A stretch of 64,000 nt of DNA from Gemmatimonadota bacterium (lineage in GTDB: Bacteria > Gemmatimonadota > Gemmatimonadetes > Palauibacterales > Palauibacteraceae), in NCBI GenBank assembly GCA_046484665.1, contig JAWOIN010000180.1, positions 333-64,332 of the forward strand, written 5' to 3'. Below, piece by piece: positions 25,690-33,853 of this stretch. How positions within the stretch are numbered: position 1 is the stretch's first letter; the number at the start of each line of letters is the position of its first letter. Below the pieces are notes generated by a model that worked only from the letters and a program-made list of their open reading frames with translations, had not been told where the DNA came from and made no database searches. The position numbers were made by a program, and so were the translations under genes.

Positions 25690-26403
25690 GTGGTGAGTCG
25701 CACGGAGCTCTGGGCCCAGGTCCGCATGGCGTGGTCCGTGCTCTCGGGCCAGGTCGCCCACGAGGTGCATCCGGGCCGCGAGCGGATCGAAGTCGCGCCG
25801 GCCCCGGACCTCGGTCCGGAGGCGGGAGGCGCGATCGCGGCCGAAGGGTTCGCCGAGGAGGCGCTTCCCTGGCTCGACGCCGTTCACGCGTTCACGCTCC
25901 GTCTCACGGGCGGCGACCGCGACGCGGCCGAGGACCTCGTGCAGGACACGTTCGTCCGGGCGCTCAGGTTCTGGCACACGTTCGAGCGGGGCACGCACGT
26001 GCGGTCCTGGCTGTTCACGATCTGTCGGAACACGTTCCTTCACGGGCGGGACAGCGCCCGATCGCGGAGGGAGAAGCCGTTGGCGGACATGGACCCGAGG
26101 GCCGAGGCGCTGGTCGGCATCCGGTCGCTGGGGCGGCCCGCGCCCGATCCGGAGGAGGAGTTCTTCTCCCGCCTCATTCACGACGAAGTCGTGGACGCGA
26201 TCGACGCGCTGCCCCCGGATTTCCGGGACGTACTCGTCCTCAGCGACCTGGGCGACCTCAACTACGCCGAGATCGCGACCGTCCTGGAGATCCCGGTGGG
26301 CACCGTGAAGAGCCGCCTGTTTCGCGCGCGGAGACAACTTCAGGAGCGGCTGCGGGAGTTCGCCGTTCGCGAGGGGTACGCAGACGTGCCGGAGGAAGCA
26401 TGA
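25690..26403 (+). CDS. ECF sigma factor (SigR-like)
   Basis: Region 2 (EDLVQDTFVRALRFWHTF, RSWLFTICRN) and region 4 (LNYAEIATVLEIPVGTVKSRLFRARRQL) motifs. Its stop overlaps the anti-sigma ATG. The start is uncertain (25690 GTG or 25726 ATG). Confidence 0.85.
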   Translation: MVSRTELWAQVRMAWSVLSGQVAHEVHPGRERIEVAPAPDLGPEAGGAIAAEGFAEEALPWLDAVHAFTLRLTGGDRDAAEDLVQDTFVRALRFWHTFERGTHVRSWLFTICRNTFLHGRDSARSRREKPLADMDPRAEALVGIRSLGRPAPDPEEEFFSRLIHDEVVDAIDALPPDFRDVLVLSDLGDLNYAEIATVLEIPVGTVKSRLFRARRQLQERLREFAVREGYADVPEEA

Positions 26404-26675
26404 TCCGAAGAGCGATGGGAATGATCTCCTGCGACGAGGCGATGCGCCGTCTCTGGGAGTTCCTCGACGCGGAGCTCGGTCCCGAGGAGGAGGCCGAGGT
26501 GCAGCGGCATCTCGAGGTCTGCGAGAAGTGCTATCCGCAGTACGACTTCCAGCGGGCGTACTTCAGGTTCATGCATCGGGTCGCGGAAGGGGAGCGCGCG
26601 ACGCCCGCGTTTCGCCGTCGCCTGTTCCGCAGGCTGCTCGAGGCGCAATCGGCGGAGGAGGACCGGAATGAGTGA
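26400..26675 (+). CDS. Cytoplasmic zinc-binding (ZAS, RsrA-like) anti-sigma factor
   Basis: 91 aa, no TM helix. Cys near the N-terminus (MISCDEA) plus the H-x3-C-x2-C motif (HLEVCEKC). ATGA overlap with the sigma gene. Confidence 0.8.
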   Translation: MIRRAMGMISCDEAMRRLWEFLDAELGPEEEAEVQRHLEVCEKCYPQYDFQRAYFRFMHRVAEGERATPAFRRRLFRRLLEAQSAEEDRNE

Positions 26676-26749
26676 TGGCGGGCCGCCGGACCGGGGCCGA
26701 GGTCGACCCCCGGCTCGGAGACTGACTCCTGCACCCGGGACGTGACGGA

Positions 26750-27712
26750 TCACGCGGACCGCGTCGCCGGGCGGGCGAGCGCGACGGCGAACAGGCCGTC
26801 GGCGTCGGTGTCCCACCTGTCCAGACGGAATTCGCCGTCCTCGAGCAGGCGCGTGGCCGACTCGCGCGTGAACTTGTGGCTCAGCTCGGTGCAGATGGAC
26901 TCCCCGGGGGCAAACGTAAGGCGCATGTCCAGCGCGGGAAGGTGAATCGTCTGGGTCCTGGTGGAGACCAGATGCATCTCGATGCGGGAATCCGCTTCGT
27001 TCCACACGGCCCGGTGAGCGAACGCCTCGGGATCGAAGTCGGAGCCCAGGTGGCGGTTGAGGACGAGCAGTGCGTTTCTGTTGAACGCCGCCGTGACGCC
27101 CCGGGCGTCGTCGTAGGCCGCCACGAGGCGTCGCCGGTCCTTCATGAGGTCGAATCCGACGAGGAACGCGTCCGCGGGCGCGAGACGCTCCCGGACGTCT
27201 CTCACGAAGGACGCGGCGGCGGCCGGGGCGAGGTTCCCGATCGTGCTCCCCAGGAACAGGACGAGCCGCGGCCCTCCGTCGGCTCGCAGGGCGAGGTCGT
27301 CGTGGAAGTCGGCCACGACGCCGTCCACCTCGAGGTCCGGGTAGAGTCCGGAGAGGCGCTCCGTGGCACCTCGAACCGCCTCCGGGCTCACGTCGACGGC
27401 TCGATACCGGCGCAGGCACCCCTGCCGCACCCCCTCGTCGAGAAGGATCTCCGTCTTCCCGGAGCTCCCGGATCCGAACTCGATCAGCGCCGCGGGTCGG
27501 ACCGAATCGATGAGCAGCGCGGCCGCGCGCTCGAGAATCGACCGTTCCGTCCGGGTCAGGTAGTACTCGGGCAGGCTCGTGATCTCCTCGAACAGCCGCG
27601 ACCCCCGGGCGTCGTAGAAGTACTTGGGCGGCAGGGTGCGCGGCGGCCGTCCCAGGCCCTCCCTGACATCGGTCGCGATGGAGCGACGCAGCGGGCCGGG
27701 GTCCGCGCTCAT
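26750..27712 (-). CDS. egtD: L-histidine N-alpha-methyltransferase (EgtD/EanA family)
   Basis: PPKYFYDARGSRLFEEITSLPEYYLTRTE, IEFGSGSSGKT and FLGSTIGN motifs typical of EgtD. ATG at 27712 overlaps the upstream stop (ATGA). Confidence 0.85.
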   Translation of the reverse strand: MSADPGPLRRSIATDVREGLGRPPRTLPPKYFYDARGSRLFEEITSLPEYYLTRTERSILERAAALLIDSVRPAALIEFGSGSSGKTEILLDEGVRQGCLRRYRAVDVSPEAVRGATERLSGLYPDLEVDGVVADFHDDLALRADGGPRLVLFLGSTIGNLAPAAAASFVRDVRERLAPADAFLVGFDLMKDRRRLVAAYDDARGVTAAFNRNALLVLNRHLGSDFDPEAFAHRAVWNEADSRIEMHLVSTRTQTIHLPALDMRLTFAPGESICTELSHKFTRESATRLLEDGEFRLDRWDTDADGLFAVALARPATRSA

Positions 27713-28455
27713 CGGTACTCCGGGTTCGGATAGTCGAACCGGCAGCCGGCGTCCCACTCCGAGCGCTGGTTGCCGTGCGCCGGGATCCCGCCCCGGTCCC
27801 TCAGCATCCGGGCGAGGTGCAGGAGGTTCCAGGTCATGAACGTGGTGTTGCGGTTCGTGAAGTCGTTCTCCGGCCCCCCCGACCCCGGGTCCAGGTACGA
27901 GGGCCCGGGCCCCGCCTCTCCGATCCAGCCCGCGTCGGCCTGTGGCGGGACCACGTAGCCGAGGTGCTGGAGCGAGTAGAGAATGTTCATCGCGCAGTGC
28001 TTGATCCCGTCCTCGTTCCCGGTGACGAGGCAGCCCCCGACGCGGCCGTAGTAGGCGTACTGGCCCCGCTCGTTCAGGATGCCGGAGCTGCCGTACAGGC
28101 GCTCGATCACCTGCGTGCACACCGAGGACTTCTCTCCGAGCCAGATCGGCGTGCCGAGCACGAGGATGTCGGCCGCCATCACCTTCTCCTGGATCTCCGG
28201 CCAGTCGTCGCGCTCCCAGCCGTGCTCGGTCATGTCCGGATACACGCCGTGCGCGATCCGGAAGTCGACGGGACGCAGCAGCTCCACGGAGACGCCGTTC
28301 CGCTCGAGGATCGCCCGGGAGATGACCATCAGGCCCTCGGTGTGCGAGAGCGTCGGGCTCGGTTTCAGCGTGCAGTTGAGGAACAGGGCGCGCAGGTCCG
28401 AGAAGTCCCATTCGTGGCGCTCGCAGTCGGCGAGCTGGCGGTCGCTCAGCGGCAT
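27709..28455 (-). CDS. Flavodoxin-fold NAD(P)H-dependent FMN reductase-like protein
   Basis: GAGGAG RBS and ATG at 28455. LFLNCTLKPSP...ADILVLGTPIWLGEKSS pattern of the NADPH-dependent FMN reductase family. Translationally coupled to the egtD-like gene. Confidence 0.65.
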   Translation of the reverse strand: MPLSDRQLADCERHEWDFSDLRALFLNCTLKPSPTLSHTEGLMVISRAILERNGVSVELLRPVDFRIAHGVYPDMTEHGWERDDWPEIQEKVMAADILVLGTPIWLGEKSSVCTQVIERLYGSSGILNERGQYAYYGRVGGCLVTGNEDGIKHCAMNILYSLQHLGYVVPPQADAGWIGEAGPGPSYLDPGSGGPENDFTNRNTTFMTWNLLHLARMLRDRGGIPAHGNQRSEWDAGCRFDYPNPEYR

Positions 28456-28717
28456 CGGTTCGCTCCTCTCGGGCGGTGAAAGTAGTTGCCCGGCCGTGTT
28501 CGTGCGTCCGCACGACGGGTCTGCGCGAGGACTCGTCCGGCAAGTCCGCACGCCCGCTCCCTCCTCAAACACCGGCCGTGGTCGGATCGGTTCCCCCGTA
28601 CGCCGAGGGACCCACGGAAACCCCCCGTCGCCATCGCGCCGGGTCGCCCGCCGGCCTACGTTTGGCTCCCGCATTCCGTCTCTTGAACATACTCGCGAGC
28701 CCCGGAAGGATCTCACC

Positions 28718-30019
28718 TTGAGAAACAGGCCGGACAGTCTTTCCACCACGGAGCTGCTCGCGCTTCTCGACGCTCCCGGCGCGCAGATCGTGGACGTCCG
28801 TCCCATCGACGCCTACAACGGATGGCGGCTGCAGGGGGAGAGCCGGGGAGGGCACATCCGCGGGGCGAGGACGCTGCCCTTCAAGTGGAGCGCCTACCTC
28901 GACTGGATCGAGATCGTCCGTGCCAAGGAGATCCGGCCGGAGCACGACCTCGTCCTGTACGGCTACGATCCGGAGGAGACGGCACGCGTCGCGGACAGGT
29001 TCCGGCGGGCGGGCTACACCCGCATCGCGGCCTATCACGACTTCGTGACGGAGTGGTGCACGGACGAGGCCCTGCCCATGGATCGCCTGGCGCGGCACGA
29101 GCACCTGGTGCCCGCCTCGTGGCTCGCGGAACGGCTCCCGGGGACGGATGCTCCGGACGCCGTCGGCGACGGTTTCGTCCTCTGCCACGCGCACTACCGG
29201 AACCGGGACGACTACCTGAAGGGGCACGTTCCCGGCGCCCTGGACCTCGACACCCTCCTTCTCGAATCCCCGGAGACCTGGAACCGCCGGGCTCCCGAGG
29301 AGGTGCACCGCGCGCTGCTCGGGCTGGGAATCACCTCGGACACGACGGTCGTGCTGTACGGCAGATACTCCTTCCCCGACAACCGCGACCCTTTTCCGGG
29401 GAGCAGCGCCGGCCAGCTGGCGGCGTTCCGCTGCGCCTTCATCATGCTCTGGGCCGGCGTGAAGGACGTCCGCGTCCTCAACGGGGGCTTCCAGTCCTGG
29501 ATGGACGCGGGTCTCGAAGTCTCGACGGACGAAGGCGAGGCACGGCCGGCGGCGGAGTTCGGGTCCCCGATCCCGGGGGCCCCCGAGCTCGCCGTGGACC
29601 TGCCCGAGGCGAGGGAGATCCTCGTCGCGCCGGACGGAAACCTCGTGAGCGTGCGCAGCTGGCCGGAGTACGTCGGCGAGGTGAGCGGTTACAACTACAT
29701 CGAGAAACGGGGCCGGATCCCCGGCTCCGTGTTCGGGAGCTGCGGAAGCGACGCCTACCACATGGAGAACTACCGCAACCTCGACCACACGACACGGGAG
29801 TACCACGAGATCGAGGCGTCGTGGCGGAGCGCCGGGATCACGCCCGCCAGGCGGAACGCCTTTTACTGCGGCACCGGGTGGCGGGGGAGCGAGGCCTTCT
29901 TCAACGCGTGGCTGATGGGCTGGCCCCGCGTCGCCGTGTTCGACGGTGGATGGTACGAGTGGAGCGCCGACGACGCGAATCCCATCGAGACCGGCGTCCC
30001 GGTCGGGCGGGTCCGGTGA
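28718..30019 (+). CDS. Multi-rhodanese sulfurtransferase, EanB-like (hercynine sulfurtransferase candidate)
   Basis: GGAAGGA lies 7 nt before the TTG at 28718; there is no in-frame ATG upstream. Several rhodanese-like segments, with the catalytic loop FYCGTGWRGSE near the C-terminus. 433 aa. Divergent from the egtD-like operon. Confidence 0.7.
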   Translation: MRNRPDSLSTTELLALLDAPGAQIVDVRPIDAYNGWRLQGESRGGHIRGARTLPFKWSAYLDWIEIVRAKEIRPEHDLVLYGYDPEETARVADRFRRAGYTRIAAYHDFVTEWCTDEALPMDRLARHEHLVPASWLAERLPGTDAPDAVGDGFVLCHAHYRNRDDYLKGHVPGALDLDTLLLESPETWNRRAPEEVHRALLGLGITSDTTVVLYGRYSFPDNRDPFPGSSAGQLAAFRCAFIMLWAGVKDVRVLNGGFQSWMDAGLEVSTDEGEARPAAEFGSPIPGAPELAVDLPEAREILVAPDGNLVSVRSWPEYVGEVSGYNYIEKRGRIPGSVFGSCGSDAYHMENYRNLDHTTREYHEIEASWRSAGITPARRNAFYCGTGWRGSEAFFNAWLMGWPRVAVFDGGWYEWSADDANPIETGVPVGRVR

Positions 30020-30471
30020 CGGGCACCCCGGCCGGCGACCGGTCCCGGTCCGTCGAGGCGGCAGGGGACGCGATCATCGCCGAGATGGCGGGTCTCGACG
30101 ACCTGATGGCGAAGTACGAGTACCTCGTCGGGCTGGGGAGGGAGCTGCGCGTCCCGGATGCGGCGATCCGCCGCGACGAGCACTCGGTCGCGGGATGCCA
30201 GTCCCGCGTCTGGATCCGCACGGAGCTCCGCGACGGTCGGCTTCACATCGTGGCCGACAGCGACGCGATGATCACCCGGGGGATCATCGCGCTCATCCTG
30301 CGGCTGCTGGACGCCCGCACGCCGGCCGAGATCCTCGCGGCCGACCTCAGGGTCTTCGACGCCGCGGGGTTGCAGACGCATCTCTCGCCGGCCCGCGCCA
30401 ACGGGCTCGCCGCCATGGTCCGACGGATCCGCCAGGAGGCGGAGAAGGCGGCGAGCCCGGGAGAACCGTAG
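30016..30471 (+). CDS. sufE: SufE-like sulfur acceptor/donor protein
   Basis: KYEYLVGLG...SVAGCQSRVWI motif with the conserved Cys. GTG at 30016 overlaps the rhodanese TGA (GTGA). Confidence 0.8.
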   Translation: MTGTPAGDRSRSVEAAGDAIIAEMAGLDDLMAKYEYLVGLGRELRVPDAAIRRDEHSVAGCQSRVWIRTELRDGRLHIVADSDAMITRGIIALILRLLDARTPAEILAADLRVFDAAGLQTHLSPARANGLAAMVRRIRQEAEKAASPGEP

Positions 30472-30574
30472 CCGCCGTCGAGCGGCAGGAGTCTGAGAGC
30501 GATGGCGTGGACGGCGAGATCCGCCCGATCGGCATGCCCCGGATGAAGCGATCGACCGGGCGGATCCCCCGAGC

Positions 30575-31021
30575 TCAGCCAGCCGTCGCGGCCGCCGCTC
30601 CCGACTCGACGTGCGTCGGGACCGCCCCGTAGACCTGCCCGACGACGACTCCGTACACAAGGTGTCCGATCAGGCTCCCCATCGCCATGACCGCGGAGCC
30701 GGAGAAGACCGGCATTCCCATCATCGGAATCACGAGGAGCTGCGCCATCAGGAACGGCGCGATCGCGTAGAGTGCTCCCCGCAGGGCCGGGGCGCCGGGA
30801 AGCCGCGGCGCGAGCACGGCGTAGCCGACGGCCAGGATCACGCCGATCATGAAGTGCGCCATCCAGCCCAGCACGAGGCTGCCGCCCATCGCGCCGGCCA
30901 GCATCTGCGCCGGGTTCATCGGCGGAATGCCCATCAGGGGCGCCATCCAGAGTCCCACGGCGGTCATCACGGCGGTGCCGATGATGCCCGCGGCCACGGC
31001 GCGTCCGGTCCGTACGTTCAT
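30575..31021 (-). CDS. Four-TM Met/Gly-rich membrane protein, unknown family
   Basis: 148 aa, hydrophobic throughout (GIIGTAVMTAVGLWMAPLMG, FMIGVILAVGYAVLAP, APFLMAQLLVIPMMGM, MGSLIGHLVYGVVVG). Confidence 0.6.
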   Translation of the reverse strand: MNVRTGRAVAAGIIGTAVMTAVGLWMAPLMGIPPMNPAQMLAGAMGGSLVLGWMAHFMIGVILAVGYAVLAPRLPGAPALRGALYAIAPFLMAQLLVIPMMGMPVFSGSAVMAMGSLIGHLVYGVVVGQVYGAVPTHVESGAAAATAG

Positions 31022-31123
31022 GTCTTCCTCCTTCGAGTGGACTCTTCAGGCGAATCCGGTTCCGTGCGTCCGTCGAGGACGCGTTCCGGAGACCGAACCG
31101 GGAGGGTCGCCGGCAGGTTCCGC

Positions 31124-31327
31124 GGCGGGCCCGCGTTCGGGGAAGCGACGGGGTGAACGCTCCTATCGGCCGACGACCGGTATACCGGCTCCTACGCGGA
31201 GGGGGAGCTGTCGTTCGACACCAGCCTGACCGCGCAGTGTCCGGAGTCCGGGAGCGTCACCGTGATCCGGACGTTCGCCTTCGCCGGCTCGCAGGCGACA
31301 TCGCGACCGGGCGGGAGCCCGGGCGTC
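31124..31327 (+). pseudogene. Decayed duplicate of the 3' end of the lipoprotein gene (right copy of the 204-bp repeat)
   Basis: About 92% identical to 24419..24622. TGC has become TGA (a premature stop) and the original TAG has become CAG. No 5' part of the gene is present. Confidence 0.75.
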
Positions 31328-31800
31328 ACTCTCGACCACCCGCCCGGGCTGAACGTCCGAGGCTGCTCGCGCAGCTGACGGCGAATCCGGCCCGGGCCGC
31401 CCCTCTTCGTATGGTCGGCTACTTGGTCGGACGTTTCTTCGATGCGGGCTTCGTGGACTTCGTCTTACCCGGAGCGGGCGGACGGGGTCTCGGCGGCGGC
31501 TGGCCCCTCTTGATCCAGCCGGGCTGACGCGGGGGGCGCTTCTCACCGGGTGGCATGATCAGCCGCCGTTCCGATCGTGGCTCCCAGCGCAACCGGCACA
31601 GACGCCGGCCGCTCGCAAGCACGCGAACACGTTACGACCCACCTGGAATCGACTCCGGTCATGGAGTGACCGACCTTCGCCCGTCAGAACGGCGGATCGA
31701 ATATCGCAGAGGTGCGAACCGGGCCGACCCCCTCTGCGCTTCTACGCCGTCCCGTCCCGACGTCCTTTCCGCTCGATCTTCCGCCCGCGATATTACGACA

Positions 31801-33627
31801 ATGTCCGACGGGACGCCTGCTTCGAGCCGCTTTTTCGCCGAACTGAGACGCCGCCGCGTGCCTCGCGTCATCGCGATGTACGGCGCGGCCGCGTTCGCCG
31901 TCATCGAGGCCGCGGACGCCGTTTTCCCCCGCCTGGCGCTGCCCGACTGGTCGGTGACGCTCGTCGTGGCCCTCGCCCTGCTCGGCCTCCCGGTCGTGGT
32001 CGTGCTCGCCTGGGCGTTCGAGATGACGCCGGAGGGGATGCGGCGGACGGCCGAAGCTTCGCCGGGCGAGCTGACGGAGATGCTCGCCGCCCCGGCGCAC
32101 AAGCAGTGGGCATCCGGTCTGCTGGCGCTCGCTGGCCTGATGGCGTTGCTCGCCGGAGCGTGGTTCGTGGGCCGCCAGTCGGCGCCCGCGGAAGACACCG
32201 AACGGGTGGAGAAGGGTCCCGTCGCGGCTTCTGTGGCGGTGCTGCCGTTCGTCAACATGAGCTCCGACGACGAGCAGGAGTACTTTTCCGACGGGATTTC
32301 CGAGGAGCTCCTCAACCTGCTGGCGAAGATCCCGGAGCTTCGGGTCGCGTCGCGGACTTCCGCGTTCTCCTTCAAGAACCAGAACCTCGAGATCCCGGAG
32401 ATCGCCCGGCGCCTCGACGTGGCACACGTGCTCGAGGGCTCGGTGCGGAAGGCGGGCGATGAGGTGCGGATCACGGCACAGCTCATCGACGGGCGCTCGG
32501 ACACGCACCTCTGGTCGGCCACGTGGGACCGGACGCTGGAGGACATCTTCGCCGTGCAGGACGAGATCGCGGCGGAGGTGGCGGCGCAGCTCAAGGTGAC
32601 TCTGCTCGGCGAGCCACCGCACGTGGAGGAGACGGACCCTGAGGCGTACGCCCTGTTCCTGCAGGCCCGCCAGCTCGGACGACAGGGCACGGCCGCGGGG
32701 TTCGAACGGTCGAACGAGCTGCTGCGACAGGCGCTCGCGATCGACTCCGCGTATGCACCGGCGTGGAGCGAGCTGGCCGCGAACCTATTCGTGCAGGCGG
32801 GCGTCATGTCCGGAGGACAGCAGCCGTTCGACGCGAGAGTCCGGCCGGCCAGGGACGCGGCGGAGCGGGCGCTCGCGATCGATCCCCGCTACGCGCCCGC
32901 CCACGCCACGCTCAGTCGGATCGCCAACGCGTTCGAGGGAGATCTCGCGGAGGCGGCCCGGCGGATGGAGCGCGCGCTCGAGCTCGCACCGACCGATTCC
33001 GACATTCTCAGCGGCGCAGCGATCCTGGCCTCGGACCTGGGACGGCTGGACGAGTCGATCGCACTCCAGGGGCGCGCGGTCGCGCTCGACCGGGTGAATC
33101 CCCGCAGCTACCTCAACCGGGGGCTCCTCTATCAGAGTGCCGGCCGTTGGGACGAGGCGATCTCCCAGTTCCGGACCGCCCTCGACCTGGCCCCGAGCAG
33201 CGTAGCCGCCCACCACAGCATCGGGCGGGCGTTGCTCGGCAAGGGCGAGTTCGAGGCGGCGCTCGCGGCCAACGAGCGGGAGCCGGACGAGGGATGGAGG
33301 CTGCTCGGGCGCGTGGCGGCATATCACGACCTGGGCCGGGCGGCGGACTCGGACGCCGCGCTCCGGGAGCTGATCGCGAAGTACGGGCAGGAAATGGCCT
33401 ACAACATCGCCGGCGTGCTGGCGTACCGGGGCGAGGCGGACCGCGCCTTCGAGTGGCTGGGCAAGGCCGTGGAGTACGGCGACCCGGGCCTGTCCGAGAT
33501 CCCCCTGGATAGGCAGTGGTTTTCCAACCTGACCGACGAGCCACGCTGGATCCCGTTCCTCGAGAGCATCGGAAAGTCGCCTGGTCAGCTCGCCGCGATC
33601 CAGTTCGAGGTCCGGCTCCCGGAGTAG
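31801..33627 (+). CDS. TM-anchored TolB-N-like plus TPR-repeat protein (paralog 1)
   Basis: N-terminus FFAELRRRRVPRVIAMYGAAAFAVIEA, a second TM helix, VAVLPFVNMSSDDEQEYFSDGISEELLNLLAKI module, then TPR repeats and C-terminal WIPFLESIGKSP. Confidence 0.8.
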   Translation: MSDGTPASSRFFAELRRRRVPRVIAMYGAAAFAVIEAADAVFPRLALPDWSVTLVVALALLGLPVVVVLAWAFEMTPEGMRRTAEASPGELTEMLAAPAHKQWASGLLALAGLMALLAGAWFVGRQSAPAEDTERVEKGPVAASVAVLPFVNMSSDDEQEYFSDGISEELLNLLAKIPELRVASRTSAFSFKNQNLEIPEIARRLDVAHVLEGSVRKAGDEVRITAQLIDGRSDTHLWSATWDRTLEDIFAVQDEIAAEVAAQLKVTLLGEPPHVEETDPEAYALFLQARQLGRQGTAAGFERSNELLRQALAIDSAYAPAWSELAANLFVQAGVMSGGQQPFDARVRPARDAAERALAIDPRYAPAHATLSRIANAFEGDLAEAARRMERALELAPTDSDILSGAAILASDLGRLDESIALQGRAVALDRVNPRSYLNRGLLYQSAGRWDEAISQFRTALDLAPSSVAAHHSIGRALLGKGEFEAALAANEREPDEGWRLLGRVAAYHDLGRAADSDAALRELIAKYGQEMAYNIAGVLAYRGEADRAFEWLGKAVEYGDPGLSEIPLDRQWFSNLTDEPRWIPFLESIGKSPGQLAAIQFEVRLPE

Positions 33628-33853
33628 GCGTCGTCCGAGTCAGTCCCCCGCGACGAGCAGAACGCCGCTTGGAATCCCGTGGCGACCCGGGTCCCGGCGC
33701 GATCAGCCATCGTGATCGGGTCCGGAGTTCCCGGCCCGTCGGTTGAAATCTGGCGCGGAGAGTGAAACCGATCCCGGGTTCACGCGGCTACACTTCCCAC
33801 GTTGCAGAGGTGAGGTGTGTCGACGGCATGGCCCACCGGAAGGCGGCAGGCGG

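Noticed and set aside
31419-31556. A 45-aa highly basic Pro/Lys-rich minus-strand ORF (MPPGEKRPPRQPGWIKRGQPPPRPRPPAPGKTKSTKPASKKRPTK).
   Set aside because: GC3 is only moderate compared with neighbouring genes, the RBS is weak, and I recognise no family. It lies in the junction debris next to the 204-bp repeat. It could be real, but I cannot support it.
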